From positions 1,116,001 through 1,180,000 of the forward strand of contig OZ025648.1 in the NCBI GenBank assembly GCA_964019335.1: a stretch of 64,000 nucleotides of DNA, given 5' to 3'. A model generated the notes under the pieces. It did no database searches. It was not told where the DNA came from and was given only the letters and a program-made list of their open reading frames with translations. Shown piece after piece: positions 10,912-22,422 of this stretch. The first letter of the stretch is position 1. Each line of letters starts with the position of its first letter. The translations under genes were made by a program, and so were the position numbers. This DNA comes from Diplonema japonicum (taxonomy: Eukaryota; Protista; Euglenozoa: Diplonemea).

Positions 10912-13900
10912 AACAAGAGAACGGGCGAGAAAGACGCTTCGGCGTTCTCTCTGTGCCCTGCATGCGGAGAGAGCATTCACTACAAAGAGTTCCCAGTGCA
11001 CCTGACCACATGTGGGGGCGGGCAAAGCAGCAGCGAAGTACACTGGGTGTGGGGCAAGGCAACAGGGAGGGGCGAAAGCAATGAAACCAGAGACAACGTT
11101 TGCATGCTAGAAGCCCTACTCGAAGGTGCCCCTGAATGGGGCTTAGAGTCCTGCACTAAGGCGGGTCTTCGACAGCTCACCATCACCATAAATGAGGACA
11201 GTGCTGTTCTGAACCTCTTAGTTCGCTACGGCAGCTCGTGGCCACAACTGCCCAATGAAAAGGTAGCAATAGGTCTGCAGAAAGCTTCGTCTCACCTCCT
11301 CCCAGTTCAGTGGAAACTCCTCTTGAGGAATGTCCCTGAGACCGCCACCACCATAGTCGAGGAAGGCACGGACCCCGAGTCATTCGTGTGGAGCCTCGCA
11401 GAACGCGTCCGCCCCCTGATGGCTGATCTCCTCAAGTCGCAGCGCATGAACCTGCACGACAAGATGACCGAAGCCACTTTATCCCCTGTCCTCGACATCC
11501 CGCCCTCTTTCTCAAACACATCTCTCGACTCCCCAAAAGGCAACCCTGAGCTCCAGGAACGGCTGAACAAGATACGCGCCAAGCAAAGCAAGCCGCGGAC
11601 AGCCATCATGCCGCCTGTTGCAGCATCGGAGAAGGCAGAACCGCAGACACAGCAAATACCAAAGGAAATAAAAAATGACAAAATAGAAACAGAGCCTGAA
11701 GAAGATGATGAAGACGAGGAGACGGCCGCATCAAGCTCCAGAGAACAAGCTTCAGAGAGCGAGAGCGAGTGCGATGACGAGAGCTCCGACAGTTTTCGCT
11801 CGTCTGGGTCCAGGGTATCCGCTTCTACCACCTCTGACTCGTCTTCCGATTCGGACTCTTCCTCTTCATGTATGAAATTCGGTGATGCTTGGGACCGACG
11901 CCAGGTGGAGGAAATGAAAAAATCTCGAGAGAGCGAAGAGACCTTGAGCTTCCCTGAGACTCCTAACAAGAGTGGCAAAAAGCTCACAGTGGTTACCCTC
12001 AAACCTGAAGAAATCAGACAACAACTCATGCTGCGGCATCTCATGAGTGCTGGGAACGAGGACGACAGAGAGGTGCGGGATGCAGCGCTTGACATGATGG
12101 TGCAGAACGGGATCCTGGACAGAGGCGTGCCCGAGGACCCCGGCCTTATTAAAGTACTGGATGAGCTGTTGAAGGACGGTGAGAAGAACTGCGTGCCTAC
12201 GCGGTCGATCGTGCAGTCGTGGTACAAACAACACTTCAAACCCATCAAAGCGCTTGGGAAGGGGGGACAAGGCAGGGTGGAACAGGTTCAGAACTTGCTT
12301 GATGGCTTGTACTATGCCGTGAAAAGGGTACCTTTGCCTTCCTTGAAGTCTGGACAGAAGGACGACATGGCAGAGAGATACGTGAGGGCTGAGGTGCGAA
12401 CACTTGCTAGGCTGAGGCACCCGTACATCGTGCGGTATTTCATTGCGTGGTTTGAACAGGAGATAGTACCCGATGGGGAAACCCTCCTGGACCAGGAGGC
12501 TTCAGGCCACAACAGCTACATGATGTCCTCCTTCGGCGATAGTGACGAGGTTGCCACTGTCACCGAGGGGGCACAAGTGAAGAGGTTTTGCTACATACAA
12601 ATGGAGTACTGCTACCAAGAGACCCTGCGGCAGGCCATCGACAGGGGCATCTTTCTTCTAGATGAGTCTTCATTGGAGAGCGGGTTCAAGATTGTCTGGC
12701 AGCTCCTTGAGTGCGTGGAGTACATCCACAAGCAGAACGTGATCCACAGAGACCTGAAACCAGAGAACATCTTCTTTGACATTGTGAGTACGACGGGTCA
12801 CAAGTACTTTGCTGGTGACATTAAGGTGGGTGACTTCGGCCTTGCAACAGGCGATGCGAGCGAAGATCAAAACTCGGCTGATGACACCCATCCAGACCGC
12901 ACCACGACGCCAGGGAAAGAGCACAGCACTGGCATAGGGACGCCGCTGTACTGTGCACCTGAGCAAGAGCGAAGATGTGACTACAACAGCAAGGTTGACG
13001 AATACAGCTTGGGCATAATCACTTATGAAATGTTTGGCGGATTCAAATCTACACACGAGAGACACCTTGCCATCACAAGCCTGCGGAAGACTGGAAAGGT
13101 ACCTGCAGACTGGCGTGGCCGAAACATACGAAGCGCAAACCTAGCCGAGCTCATCGAGTCTCTTGCCACCCTCGACCCCGACAGGCGCGCCACCGCGAAG
13201 GAGATCCTTGACAGAGGACTGCTGCCGAAGCCACGCCACCAAGAAGACATGCAAGCCGCAGTGGTGCTGTTCAATAACTATCAGGAAACGATGATCAAGT
13301 TGCTATACGAAAAATGTCTTTCGGACCCAAACGCCTTGAACTCTTTAGATTGGCTCCACCAGCTGAAGGAACTGAAAATACACGACGACCCCCCTCCGGT
13401 GCTGATATCGGCGCATGGTGAGTGTTGGGCGAAGGAGTTGATCGTGGACTCTTTCAGACGTCTAGGCGCGACCGAGCTGAAGGTCCCACTGCAGATCCCT
13501 GCGAATAGCATCATCAAGGACCATGAGTGTGTGAAGCACATGGACGAAGCAGGGAGGGTAATGGTGCGGCCGGTGAACCCAGCTGTTGCGTATGCTAGAT
13601 ACTTGGCTATCCTGCACCCCGTGGAGCTGCTTGTGCCGATGCGGCGGTATGCCATCGGGAACGGGGTCGTCGACAATAAGGTGTGCAGGTTGGCCTCCTT
13701 CGACATCGCTACACCTGAGGGGGAGGCAGAGACGCATGGCGTTAACACGGAGATGCTGTTACTGCTGGGTGGGGTACTGGACCAGCTATCCATCCCCTCG
13801 GAGCAAATGTGGGTCGTGCATGTGAACCACACGGACCTCCTGTCAATATTGATGAGCGTCTGCGGTCTCGATAGACCAGAAGAAGTATCGAAGCGTGCGT

Positions 13901-15452
13901 CGCACAAGGGGCAGACCCCTGAGAACTTCTCGCGACCTCTCAACATCGACGAGAAGATCGGCAGAAAGATCATCGAGCTCCACGGTACGAAGAAGACATT
14001 CGGTCTGCGCACCAACCCGACCAACATTTTCACGCATGTGGCGTCCACATTGGGGGTCAAGTCTCTTTTCCACGAGTGCGCCAAGAACAGCAACAGCTTG
14101 GAAGCTGCCAGGAGAGATAAAGGTGGTGTTCTGGAAAAGGCGAGCCTCGCGGTCAAGCACAAGGCGGCCACAGCTTTGTGCACCCTGCAAAAGCTTGAAA
14201 ACGCATTAGTTGTATGCACTGCTTACAAAACACAATCTAATCAAATTTTTAAATACCACAGGAGCTCAAATTCAGAGAGAAGTATCCAAACGTGAAAGTG
14301 GAGTTCGACATTTCGTTGACACGTGACTGCAGGGTGTACTCAGGGCTCATGTACTCCGTGGAGATGTGTGAAAAGACAGAGAAACCGAAGGGTGTTCCTA
14401 GCGGAAGCTCAAAGCCACCCGTAGGAGCAGGGGGGCGGTATGGTGCGCTGTTCAAGAAGATGCGAAGACACTACCAGTCCTTGGCAGCCTCGGACAAGGA
14501 GGAGCTGCTGGGACAGAAGGTTTTCCAAGTACCAGGAAACGTTTCGGTTTGCGGTATCTACCTCAACATCACGGAGATCACACGGCAATGCTGGGAAGGC
14601 AAACGGGAACGAAAAAAAGTGCCCGGGATGGGAGCTGTGGTGCACGTCTGCATGAAGCCGTCTGGTTACGACAGCAATGTACTTTTGAGGGTCGCCACTG
14701 AACTCCGCGAAAACGGTATCCAAGCAGACTTCCAACTAGAGCCAGGCGTCCAGATAGCAACCCTGCAGGACACATGCCGGAAAAACCTGATTCCGTGGAT
14801 GCTGCTGCTACCGGGGGTGTCAAGCAGCAAGCAGACAAACGGCGATCTTGTCCTGCAATGCAAGCTGAAGAACCTCAACACAGGCGTGCTTCGTAAGGAA
14901 AAGAACGACACGCAAAAAGAGGACATCATCGAGGCACGCATTTCGCAGATAGGGAACCTTGTTGCGTACCGTCTGTCCGGGCGAACGGTTGGTGCACCTT
15001 CAGCACAAGCAGCTCCTCTTCATGAAGCGCCAGCAGGACTCAAGGTGTACACATATGAGGGCAAGGTGCACAGTGACTCTTCGACAGTGCACGGGGTGTT
15101 GGAGCTGGCGAACAAAGTGTTCGGGGCACAGCTCCCCAGCAAAGACTGTGTATCAGTTGACATCCCTATCTCTACGGTGAGAGAAATCACCGCCACCTTG
15201 TGTGGATGGCAGGTGCACCATAGCTTCGAGGGGGGGAAGTACCGCCCCATCACAGAAGTGATCCGACAGATGGCGGCCACGGTTCCTACAGTTCTGATAC
15301 ACTCTGTCCCGGACGAGAAGTTCGAAGTGGTGGTCTCGGCGAACATCAGAAGTGCGTCTGAAGAGCACCAAGGCACCGCCAGTAGGAGTGACAAGCACGG
15401 AAAACGAAGAGACGAAAGAAAAAAGGGGAGGAAAGAACGTGTGCTGTATTGA
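10912..15452 (+). CDS. GCN2: GCN2-like eIF2-alpha kinase (UBZ finger, RWD-like, kinase, HisRS-like); 5' end unresolved; exons 10912-14211 and 14262-15452
   Basis: LGKGGQGRV, NLLDGLYYAVKRV, HPYIVRYFIAW, YIQMEYC, HRDLKPEN, DFG, GIGTPLYCAPE are typical of eIF2-alpha kinases. After splicing: FDISLTRD..YSG, GAGGRY, and an anticodon-binding-like ELRENGIQADF (HisRS-related). Confidence 0.88.
14212..14261 (+). other. Spliceosomal intron, 50 nt, phase 0 (GCN2)
   Basis: GTATGC...ACCACAG; joins ORFs 10726-14295 and 14292-15452 in frame. Confidence 0.9.
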
Positions 15453-16058
15453 GAGGGCAGCGCACAATAATACGGCCCTTTTTTTTTTTGAGGCGTCCTG
15501 CCACATAAATGTCTCTTTTTTTTTCTTTTTTTTTTCTTCTTAGCCGCATGCTGTGCGCATGTTTGGTTTAGTGCATTTTTGAGTGGTTACAACGGAATGG
15601 GGCGCACTTGTGTTAGTTAAATATTTCTTTTTTGTTTCTTTTTGATTATTTTTTTTTTACAAGATTCGTGTGGTGCTTGTAGTTGTGACCCACTGCTGCC
15701 CCTACCTTGCTTATACTTTTTTATATGGGGTGAAAAACAAAAAAAGTCAAGAATCCAGGATAATTCAGAATTGTGCACCCCCTCCCCCCTCCGGTGGTGC
15801 TCGTGTTGCCTTCCTGCTATCATCGTTGTTGTCACCTTGAAAAGTAGTGACCAGGGAAATGGCCGCAGCGACGTCCTCACCACAAAAAAAAAAAAAACAA
15901 ACCACGCGCACAATTCTAGCCTATTTTTAGACTTTTTCTTTCTGGGTCCTCGAGTGGGATTTGCCCTAAAAACATCGCCTTTTTTCTTATTCTTCTTCTT
16001 CTTTTTTAGTGCTTCTGTAAGGGTATGTACCAGGAAACACGCACGGCGTGACCGAAAA

Positions 16059-16682
16059 ATGACTAAGCGCGTTGTTCTTGGTGTGTACGGAGGTATCTGC
16101 AGTGGGAAGAGTTACACATTAGACATCCTTAGAAGGAAAGGGTTTGGGGTAGTGGAAGTTGACAAGTTAGGGCACAAGGCGTACGAAAGAGGAACGCAGT
16201 GCTGGGAGAAGGTTGTGAAAGAGTTTGGAGTGGAAGGCGAAGATGGGGAAGTAGACAGAAAGAAGCTGGGAGGGATCGTGTTCGGGGACAAGACAGGCGA
16301 AAGCTTAAAGCTTTTGAACTCCATTGTATGGCCGCATGTCAATGAACTGACACAGCAAGAACTCCATGCTTTGCAAGCACAGCACACGCACGTGGCAATT
16401 GAGGCAGCACTCCTCCTCGAAGCTGGGTGGCAGTCCCCCTGCACGCACCTCTGGACATTCTTCGTTTCTCAAGAGATTGCGATAGCCCGCATGATGCAAG
16501 CACGGTCCCTCTCCAAGGAAGAAGCCATGCAACGGCTCTCGGCACAGCTTCCCAATGTTGAGCGCATCAGACTCTCCGAGGAAGCCTTCCCGCAGGAGAG
16601 AAGATGGATCTTTGACAGGAGCGAAACGAGCATCGAGGAGGCGGAGAGACGCATCACACAGAAGATCGCTGAACTAGCGTAG
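16059..16682 (+). CDS. Dephospho-CoA kinase
   Basis: P-loop GVYGGICSGKS, DKLGHKAY, VDRKKLGGIVF, LNSIVWP, EAALLLEAGW, RLSAQ. Confidence 0.92.
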   Translation: MTKRVVLGVYGGICSGKSYTLDILRRKGFGVVEVDKLGHKAYERGTQCWEKVVKEFGVEGEDGEVDRKKLGGIVFGDKTGESLKLLNSIVWPHVNELTQQELHALQAQHTHVAIEAALLLEAGWQSPCTHLWTFFVSQEIAIARMMQARSLSKEEAMQRLSAQLPNVERIRLSEEAFPQERRWIFDRSETSIEEAERRITQKIAELA

Positions 16683-16917
16683 GCTCTTTTTTTTTTCTCT
16701 TTTCACCGGGACAATGGTTTTTTTAGTAGCTGCTGCACACGGGATTTGCCTTTTTTAGTTTTTTTTTTTGTTCTAAAGCGTTTAGCTCCCTTGAAGTTCA
16801 CACCAGCGTGTGGGTTTAGTCCATTTATTTGTAGTCGTTGCAAGAATAGGAGGTATTGGACTATTTAGTATAGTTTTTTCTTCGATTTATTTCCATGCCG
16901 CACACCACCCCAGTACC

Positions 16918-18363
16918 ATGCATGCCTTCCCTGCCGAGGTCGCATCGAGCAGGTCGTCGGTAGAGCCTTACGAGCGACATGACGGGGCCTTAGCAGAGGC
17001 ACTGCAGCTGGCAGAAGCCTGGAGGGAAAGGAAAAAAGAGCTAGGAGTGGCTGAGGCACATGGAGAAAAGACCAAAAGACAGGAGAGAGTAGTGGTGCTG
17101 ATGTCGCCTATGGAAGGTGGGGACGAAAACGAAGAAGCTGAAGGAGAAGAAGGTACACCAGAGGCGCAACAAGAGGAGCAGCAACGACAACAAACCGAAG
17201 TGGTGCCGAGGGAAGGGGGAATGAAGCCTAGAAGTACAGAGATTCGCGAAGAAGTGGAAGACAGAGAACACTGTGGTGGAGGGAATAGGGACAGGGAAGA
17301 CAAAAGGCGCTGGGGGAGGGAGCATCGGGGCATGGGTAGGAGCAGGGACAAGGACGGGAATACAAGGGGGGCAGAAGTGATTGAGATCGACGCCACGACG
17401 CCCATCAAAGACAAGGGGGAAGAAGCTGCTTTTGTACCATTGAGCGCAAATGCGCAGCACTCGCACACCAACGACTTCAGGTGGGACGACGACGGTGTCC
17501 TGTTGGAGGAGCTCTCAAGTCGAGTGAACCAGAAGTACGGCGGCTGCGAACTGCTCTACGCAGAGCCCATGGGGAGCCACTACAGCTACCCCCAGGCCCC
17601 ACACAAGGTCATTGGCAAAATGCTTGTCAGCCCTACGCGCAGGCATCAGGTTGGCTTTCCTGTTGCCCCTGAGCGGCTCGGTGAAGACAACCCATATCAT
17701 CACCCACCCGCAGGCAGCACGCAAAGCTACTTCGCAGAAGAGCCGCAGGCATATCAAGTACCACCCGTACCTTGGCACCATGAACCAGTACAGCCCCCTA
17801 GGCAAGTACCACCCGTACCTTGGCACAATGAACCACCAGTACAGCCCCCTAGGCAAGTACTGCCAACTCCAAAGCCTGTCCTGTTTGAGCAGGAGATTAC
17901 CACTCAAGTGATGCAGGGGCAACTAGACACCCGACCACTGGTAGCCAGGGAGAGGGAGCTTCGGAGCTTCCAAACAGCAACACCAGCCACTCCAACCACG
18001 CCTGCAACGCCGCAGCTTCAATATAAAGTGGGTCAGGTGGGTGGGGACTCGGTACAGAGCAAGGGCACACTCCCCCCACCCGAACACCTCAGCGAGCAGG
18101 GTTTAGCACTTTCAGATGGGCAGCTGGAGTCTTTAGCACATGCAGTGGTCTCAAGGCCACGTGAGGAACACAGACCCCCACCACCCCCGCTGCTGAGCAC
18201 AGCTGCTGCTGCAATACGGCATACTCCACGAACGAGCCCTGCTGCCCCCACGCGCGTCCTCCGTAGAAACCCTGCCACAGCCTGCCCCTCCTGCGGTGCT
18301 GTCATCGTATTCAAGTCACGCACAGCGAACAAGTACTGCACCCAGTGCGGGTACAGGTTGTAG
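16918..18363 (+). CDS. Hypothetical disordered Pro/Glu-rich protein with C-terminal zinc ribbon
   Basis: Long ORF ending in CPSCG...CTQCGYRL. Confidence 0.75.
   Translation: MHAFPAEVASSRSSVEPYERHDGALAEALQLAEAWRERKKELGVAEAHGEKTKRQERVVVLMSPMEGGDENEEAEGEEGTPEAQQEEQQRQQTEVVPREGGMKPRSTEIREEVEDREHCGGGNRDREDKRRWGREHRGMGRSRDKDGNTRGAEVIEIDATTPIKDKGEEAAFVPLSANAQHSHTNDFRWDDDGVLLEELSSRVNQKYGGCELLYAEPMGSHYSYPQAPHKVIGKMLVSPTRRHQVGFPVAPERLGEDNPYHHPPAGSTQSYFAEEPQAYQVPPVPWHHEPVQPPRQVPPVPWHNEPPVQPPRQVLPTPKPVLFEQEITTQVMQGQLDTRPLVARERELRSFQTATPATPTTPATPQLQYKVGQVGGDSVQSKGTLPPPEHLSEQGLALSDGQLESLAHAVVSRPREEHRPPPPPLLSTAAAAIRHTPRTSPAAPTRVLRRNPATACPSCGAVIVFKSRTANKYCTQCGYRL
17755..17860 (+). repeat. Coding tandem repeat (~48-51 nt; QVPPVPWH[H/N]EP(P)VQPPR, x2 plus a partial copy)
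   Basis: caagtaccacccgtaccttggcac...cagccccctagg duplicated. Confidence 0.85.
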
Positions 18364-18791
18364 CACCTGGGCTCTTTACTGGGTTCCATAGCATTTGTTC
18401 TTTCTTCACTTCGGTGCTGAAGTTTTCCGAAGAGCAAACTAGTAAAAAGACAACAAAAGAAAATATTTTTATTGAAAAAAAAAAAAAAGAAATGTACTTT
18501 TTTTTTCTTCCTTATTTTCCCCTTCCTCATAGATTAGATTTCCTTTTTCTTTTTGTTTCTTTCGAGTGTAGTATTCCCCCCAGTCCATGGCCACAACCAG
18601 CGCCGCCGCAGAAGTCAATTCCATTCAGTCTGTCTATTCTGTCAGTTGGTCTTTCCTACAATACCAGGCGTTAGTGTTTGGTGTGTACGCACCGTATATT
18701 CCTACCATCTCGTTCATTGATGATGTCAGTCCCCATCCCCTCCCGACCCGTTCAAGAATAAAGAAAAGGGGAAAAAAAAAAGAAGAAGAAA

Positions 18792-19316
18792 ATGTCTCTA
18801 AGCACCAGTACGATGAGGGCGCAGGGAGCGAAGATGTTCATGATACCGTTGAACCAGGCAGTCGTGTGCGACGAGGAGACTCTTGTCTGCGAGGTGATGG
18901 AAACGCTTGTGAAGAATAATTTTATCAGGAGGAGGTGTTACGTGATAGATGAAGAGAGCAGGTGTGTGGGCATGGTGGGGCTGGCATCGCTGACCAGGGC
19001 CTACCACAGGGGGGTGAACCCTAAGGTCACAAAGGTGAAGGATATCATGAAGAAGGACTTTGGGACTGTGAGCCCTGACTCCACTCCTGAGGAATGCCGT
19101 GCGTCTTTGGGCAGGCAACGTATTCATCATCTTGTGGTCACATCTAACGGAACCCCCCAGGGCCGCATGCTAGGCGCACTCTCTTCTTGGATTGTTGCCG
19201 AAGAGCAGTCCCTTGGGGCAAAGTCCTACCCCCACAATGTTCTTGCAAGAAACTACCAAACCATCTGGCAGAAGGCCACCGCGACAGACCTTCGGGTCAT
19301 TGGTTCCAAGCTGTAG
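18792..19316 (+). CDS. CBS-domain pair protein
   Basis: VIDEESRCVGMV, KVKDIMKKDFGTVSPD, IHHLVV. Confidence 0.85.
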   Translation: MSLSTSTMRAQGAKMFMIPLNQAVVCDEETLVCEVMETLVKNNFIRRRCYVIDEESRCVGMVGLASLTRAYHRGVNPKVTKVKDIMKKDFGTVSPDSTPEECRASLGRQRIHHLVVTSNGTPQGRMLGALSSWIVAEEQSLGAKSYPHNVLARNYQTIWQKATATDLRVIGSKL

Positions 19317-19669
19317 AAAGAACAGGAGGGGTAGTGTTTCATATTTCTTTTTTGTCAGGCTGTCCTGTCACACTACACCGCAGGTTCACCTTTCTGAGAC
19401 TCGTTATTTAAATTATTCAAAAAAAAAAAAAGATTTTCCCCGATCGCGCGTGAACACATAACACCCCCCCCTCCCTACCCCCCACCTCGTTTTTTTTTTT
19501 TGAAAGAGACTGAATAGAACCAAGGGAGAGTTACCCCCTAGGGAAAAAGAAAGGGGCCCGTTAAATTCAAAAAAGAAGAAAAAAAGAAAGGAAAAAAAGC
19601 AAAACAAAAAAAGAAAAAAAACACGCACACCTTGCAACGAGGATGGAAGACATTCGTACCCGTTGTGTA

Positions 19670-19706
<37 letters not shown>

Positions 19707-20572
19707 CTGGTGGCTTTTTTTTTTTGTTTTGTTTTTGCTTTGTGATCCTTTTTTTTTTTTTTTTTTTTGTTTCTTCTTTTCTTTTCTTTTTTTTTTTCCC
19801 GCTGTACCGCCATGTTGCATCAACGACTTTTTTTTTTCTTTTTTCTTTTTTTTTTGTAAAATCAACATTTACAAACGAGGAAAATACAAAAAATGGGAAA
19901 AGAAAATGGACATTATCACTATTCCCCCCTCCCCCCTCCCCCCTCTCTTTCGTTGTAAAGAGGACCACAGGCTCCTATAATGCTTGGGCATTCTGATGCC
20001 TACTGGCTTTACTTGAAGTGACGAACAACGGCCTGGTTTCTCTATCATCTTGTAATACCGTTGCACAAGGAGCCGAAGAAAAAGAAAAAAAGGAAGTAAA
20101 AGAAGCAAAATGAAAAAAAAAAAGAAAAAAAAAGAGGGGGGAAACTACAACGATCCTGAAAGGGGTGCTCTTTTTTTTTTTTTTTTTTTTTTTCTTTTTT
20201 GCTAAAAAAGACTTTTCTTCCAAGAAAAAAAGAAGAAAAAAGTAATCCGCCCCCCCCATTCCCTCTCCCTTTACTCTCTATTTTTTCTCTTCTTCTCCCT
20301 CTCTATTCTCTCCTTCTTGTTGACGCTCTCTTCCTTTACCAAAGAGGTTAAGAGTCTTTTTTTTTTTTTCCTTCTTCCCCTTCATACGTTAGCTAGGTGA
20401 GGCGTATTTTCTTTTTCTTTTATTTTCCTATTCTTCTTCCTGTGGCGTGAGGCGCGTGACTGAAGTTCTTTTTTATGTTTTCTTTTTTTTTTTTTATGTT
20501 TTTTCATCCTATTTTTTTCGAACAACAAAAATATAACTGCACACGCACCTTCTAACAGGGGATAGAGGGTAA

Positions 20573-22422
20573 ATGATCTCAAGAAAGCGGCACCGTTGGG
20601 GTACAAATGAGGACAACGAGCAGACTTTGGAAGTAGTGGTGAAGCGCACCAGGCTAGCGCAGCCGCAGACCACGAGGACTGTGAAGGACCTGTTTACGCA
20701 TGTTTTGGAGGACTGCATGAGCTGGCTCAGCGGGGCAGAAATTTGTATGAACGTGAAGCCTGTGTGCAAGAAATGGCGTAAGATTAGCCACTCGAACGGA
20801 GCGTGGGCAGAGGTCAAGAGACGCTGCCTTGCCTTGCGGCAACGTGGCATCCCCCACCCTTGCGACTGTCTCACCCTTGAGCGATTGGATGAGTGTAAAG
20901 AGGATGAATACGCCGAGGCACTTGAGTACTACAAAACCCGTTTCGGCGACAGTGCCGGGCCTGCTACTGAAACCTTCCAAAGCTTTCTCGACAACCTCCC
21001 TCCTGCGGGCGTGATCCACCAGCAGTGGTGGGCATCACCCAAACCAGCACTCCGGCGTGCCCGCACCATGTGGCAAAAGCTTGCTAGCACGCCCTGCATC
21101 CGCTCCGTGGCAATCGGCTCCCAGCACATAGAAGAACACATCAGTTACAAGAACACCTTCACCGACTTCGAGGAGCAGGTGGGCGACCTGTGGCTCACAG
21201 ATCTTTACGTCGCTATGGGCTTCATTCCACCACCACATGAGAACATGTGCGGCTGTGACATGCACACCCTGCCCATCGAGAAGCTGGTCGTCGCTGAACG
21301 GCGCATTCATTGCCCTAGGAAGATGCGGGTCCATACGCAAGAGCACCACCCGTTCTGCTCAGGTGATTACCAACTCAGCGCGAGAGTTAACGGTTACCCC
21401 TCGTGGGTGAGCAGCGGTGAAGTCACCTCCTGGCTGTACTCGTCCCCCAAAGGCGTGTGGACCATAACCAACAGGGATTCCGACTTCGAGAACGGCGCCG
21501 GCCACATTGCCGCAGGGTCGCCCCACAACGGATGGCTGCCCCAAGCAAACAGGGACTGGCTCTACGGGGACGGGAAGGCGTGGTACCCCGACCCCGCCAT
21601 ATCCATCAGAGGGGTTCCGGAGCCGAAGCTGTTCTTCAAGGACCAGTCAGAGGTCACGCCCCGCATGCGTGCTTCCATTATAGGGTGGCTGTCCGACATT
21701 CAATCCTATCAGAGAATGCCCCTCCAGATGCACACTTTGTTCCTGGCGGTAAAAATATCTGACAACTTCTTTGCTTGCAGGAACGTCGCAAAGAGTGACA
21801 TGCAGCTTGTGGCTTGTGGTGCTACGCTGCTCGCGGCCAGCGCTGAGAACGTTTTACTGACGAAAGCGGGGGAACCTGGGGGGTCGTTGCTGGAGTGGAT
21901 GTACCACCTGACGGAGGGGTACACGAAGGAACAGATCGCCTCGAAGCATGCGGAGATACTCCAGGTGCTGGGCACCGACATCACACGCAGCCCTACTATT
22001 TACTTGTTCCTAGAAAGGTACCTCAGTATGGTGAGGGACTCCGGCTACTTCGACCAAAGCATCCAGGATGCGGCTGAGTACATCTCTGAGCTTGGGCTGC
22101 TGCAGTACGACCTGGTGGCCAGATACAGGCCGTCGGTCATTGCTGCAGCTGCGCTGTTGGTGGCCATACGGACCCTGCCAGTCCCTGACATCCCTTGCGC
22201 CCATGAGCTTCGCCTGCTCGACATCGATGTTGAGTCGTGTGCCTCCGAGCTGTTGAAGCAGGTATGAGTCGAATGTTATTAGCAATCACAACGCAGCTTT
22301 ACTCCAGACCAAAGCCTCTTCCTTCTTACAAGAAGAATTTAATCTGCAAGTATTCCACCTCCGCTCATGGGAAGATAGCACTGGTGTACGAGTCCCTTGC
22401 AGATATTGACCCTACGTGCTGA
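20573..22422 (+). CDS. F-box + cyclin protein with an internal Trp-rich module (exons 20573-22261, 22297-22422)
   Basis: F-box-like LEDCMSWLSGAEICMNVKPVCKKWRKI; cyclin box QSEVTPRMRASIIGWL, HTLFLAVKISDNF, MQLVACGA; cyclin-C segment PTIYLFLERY, YRPSVIAAAA; spliced tail KYSTSAHGKIA. Confidence 0.88.
22262..22296 (+). other. Spliceosomal intron, 35 nt, phase 0 (cyclin)
   Basis: GTATGA...AACGCAG; removes a stop and restores the cyclin C-terminus. Confidence 0.85.

Noticed and set aside
19413-20259. Poly-Lys/poly-Phe ORFs in intergenic DNA (also 3067-3615, 6979-7336)
   Set aside because: Artefacts of homopolymer A/T tracts.
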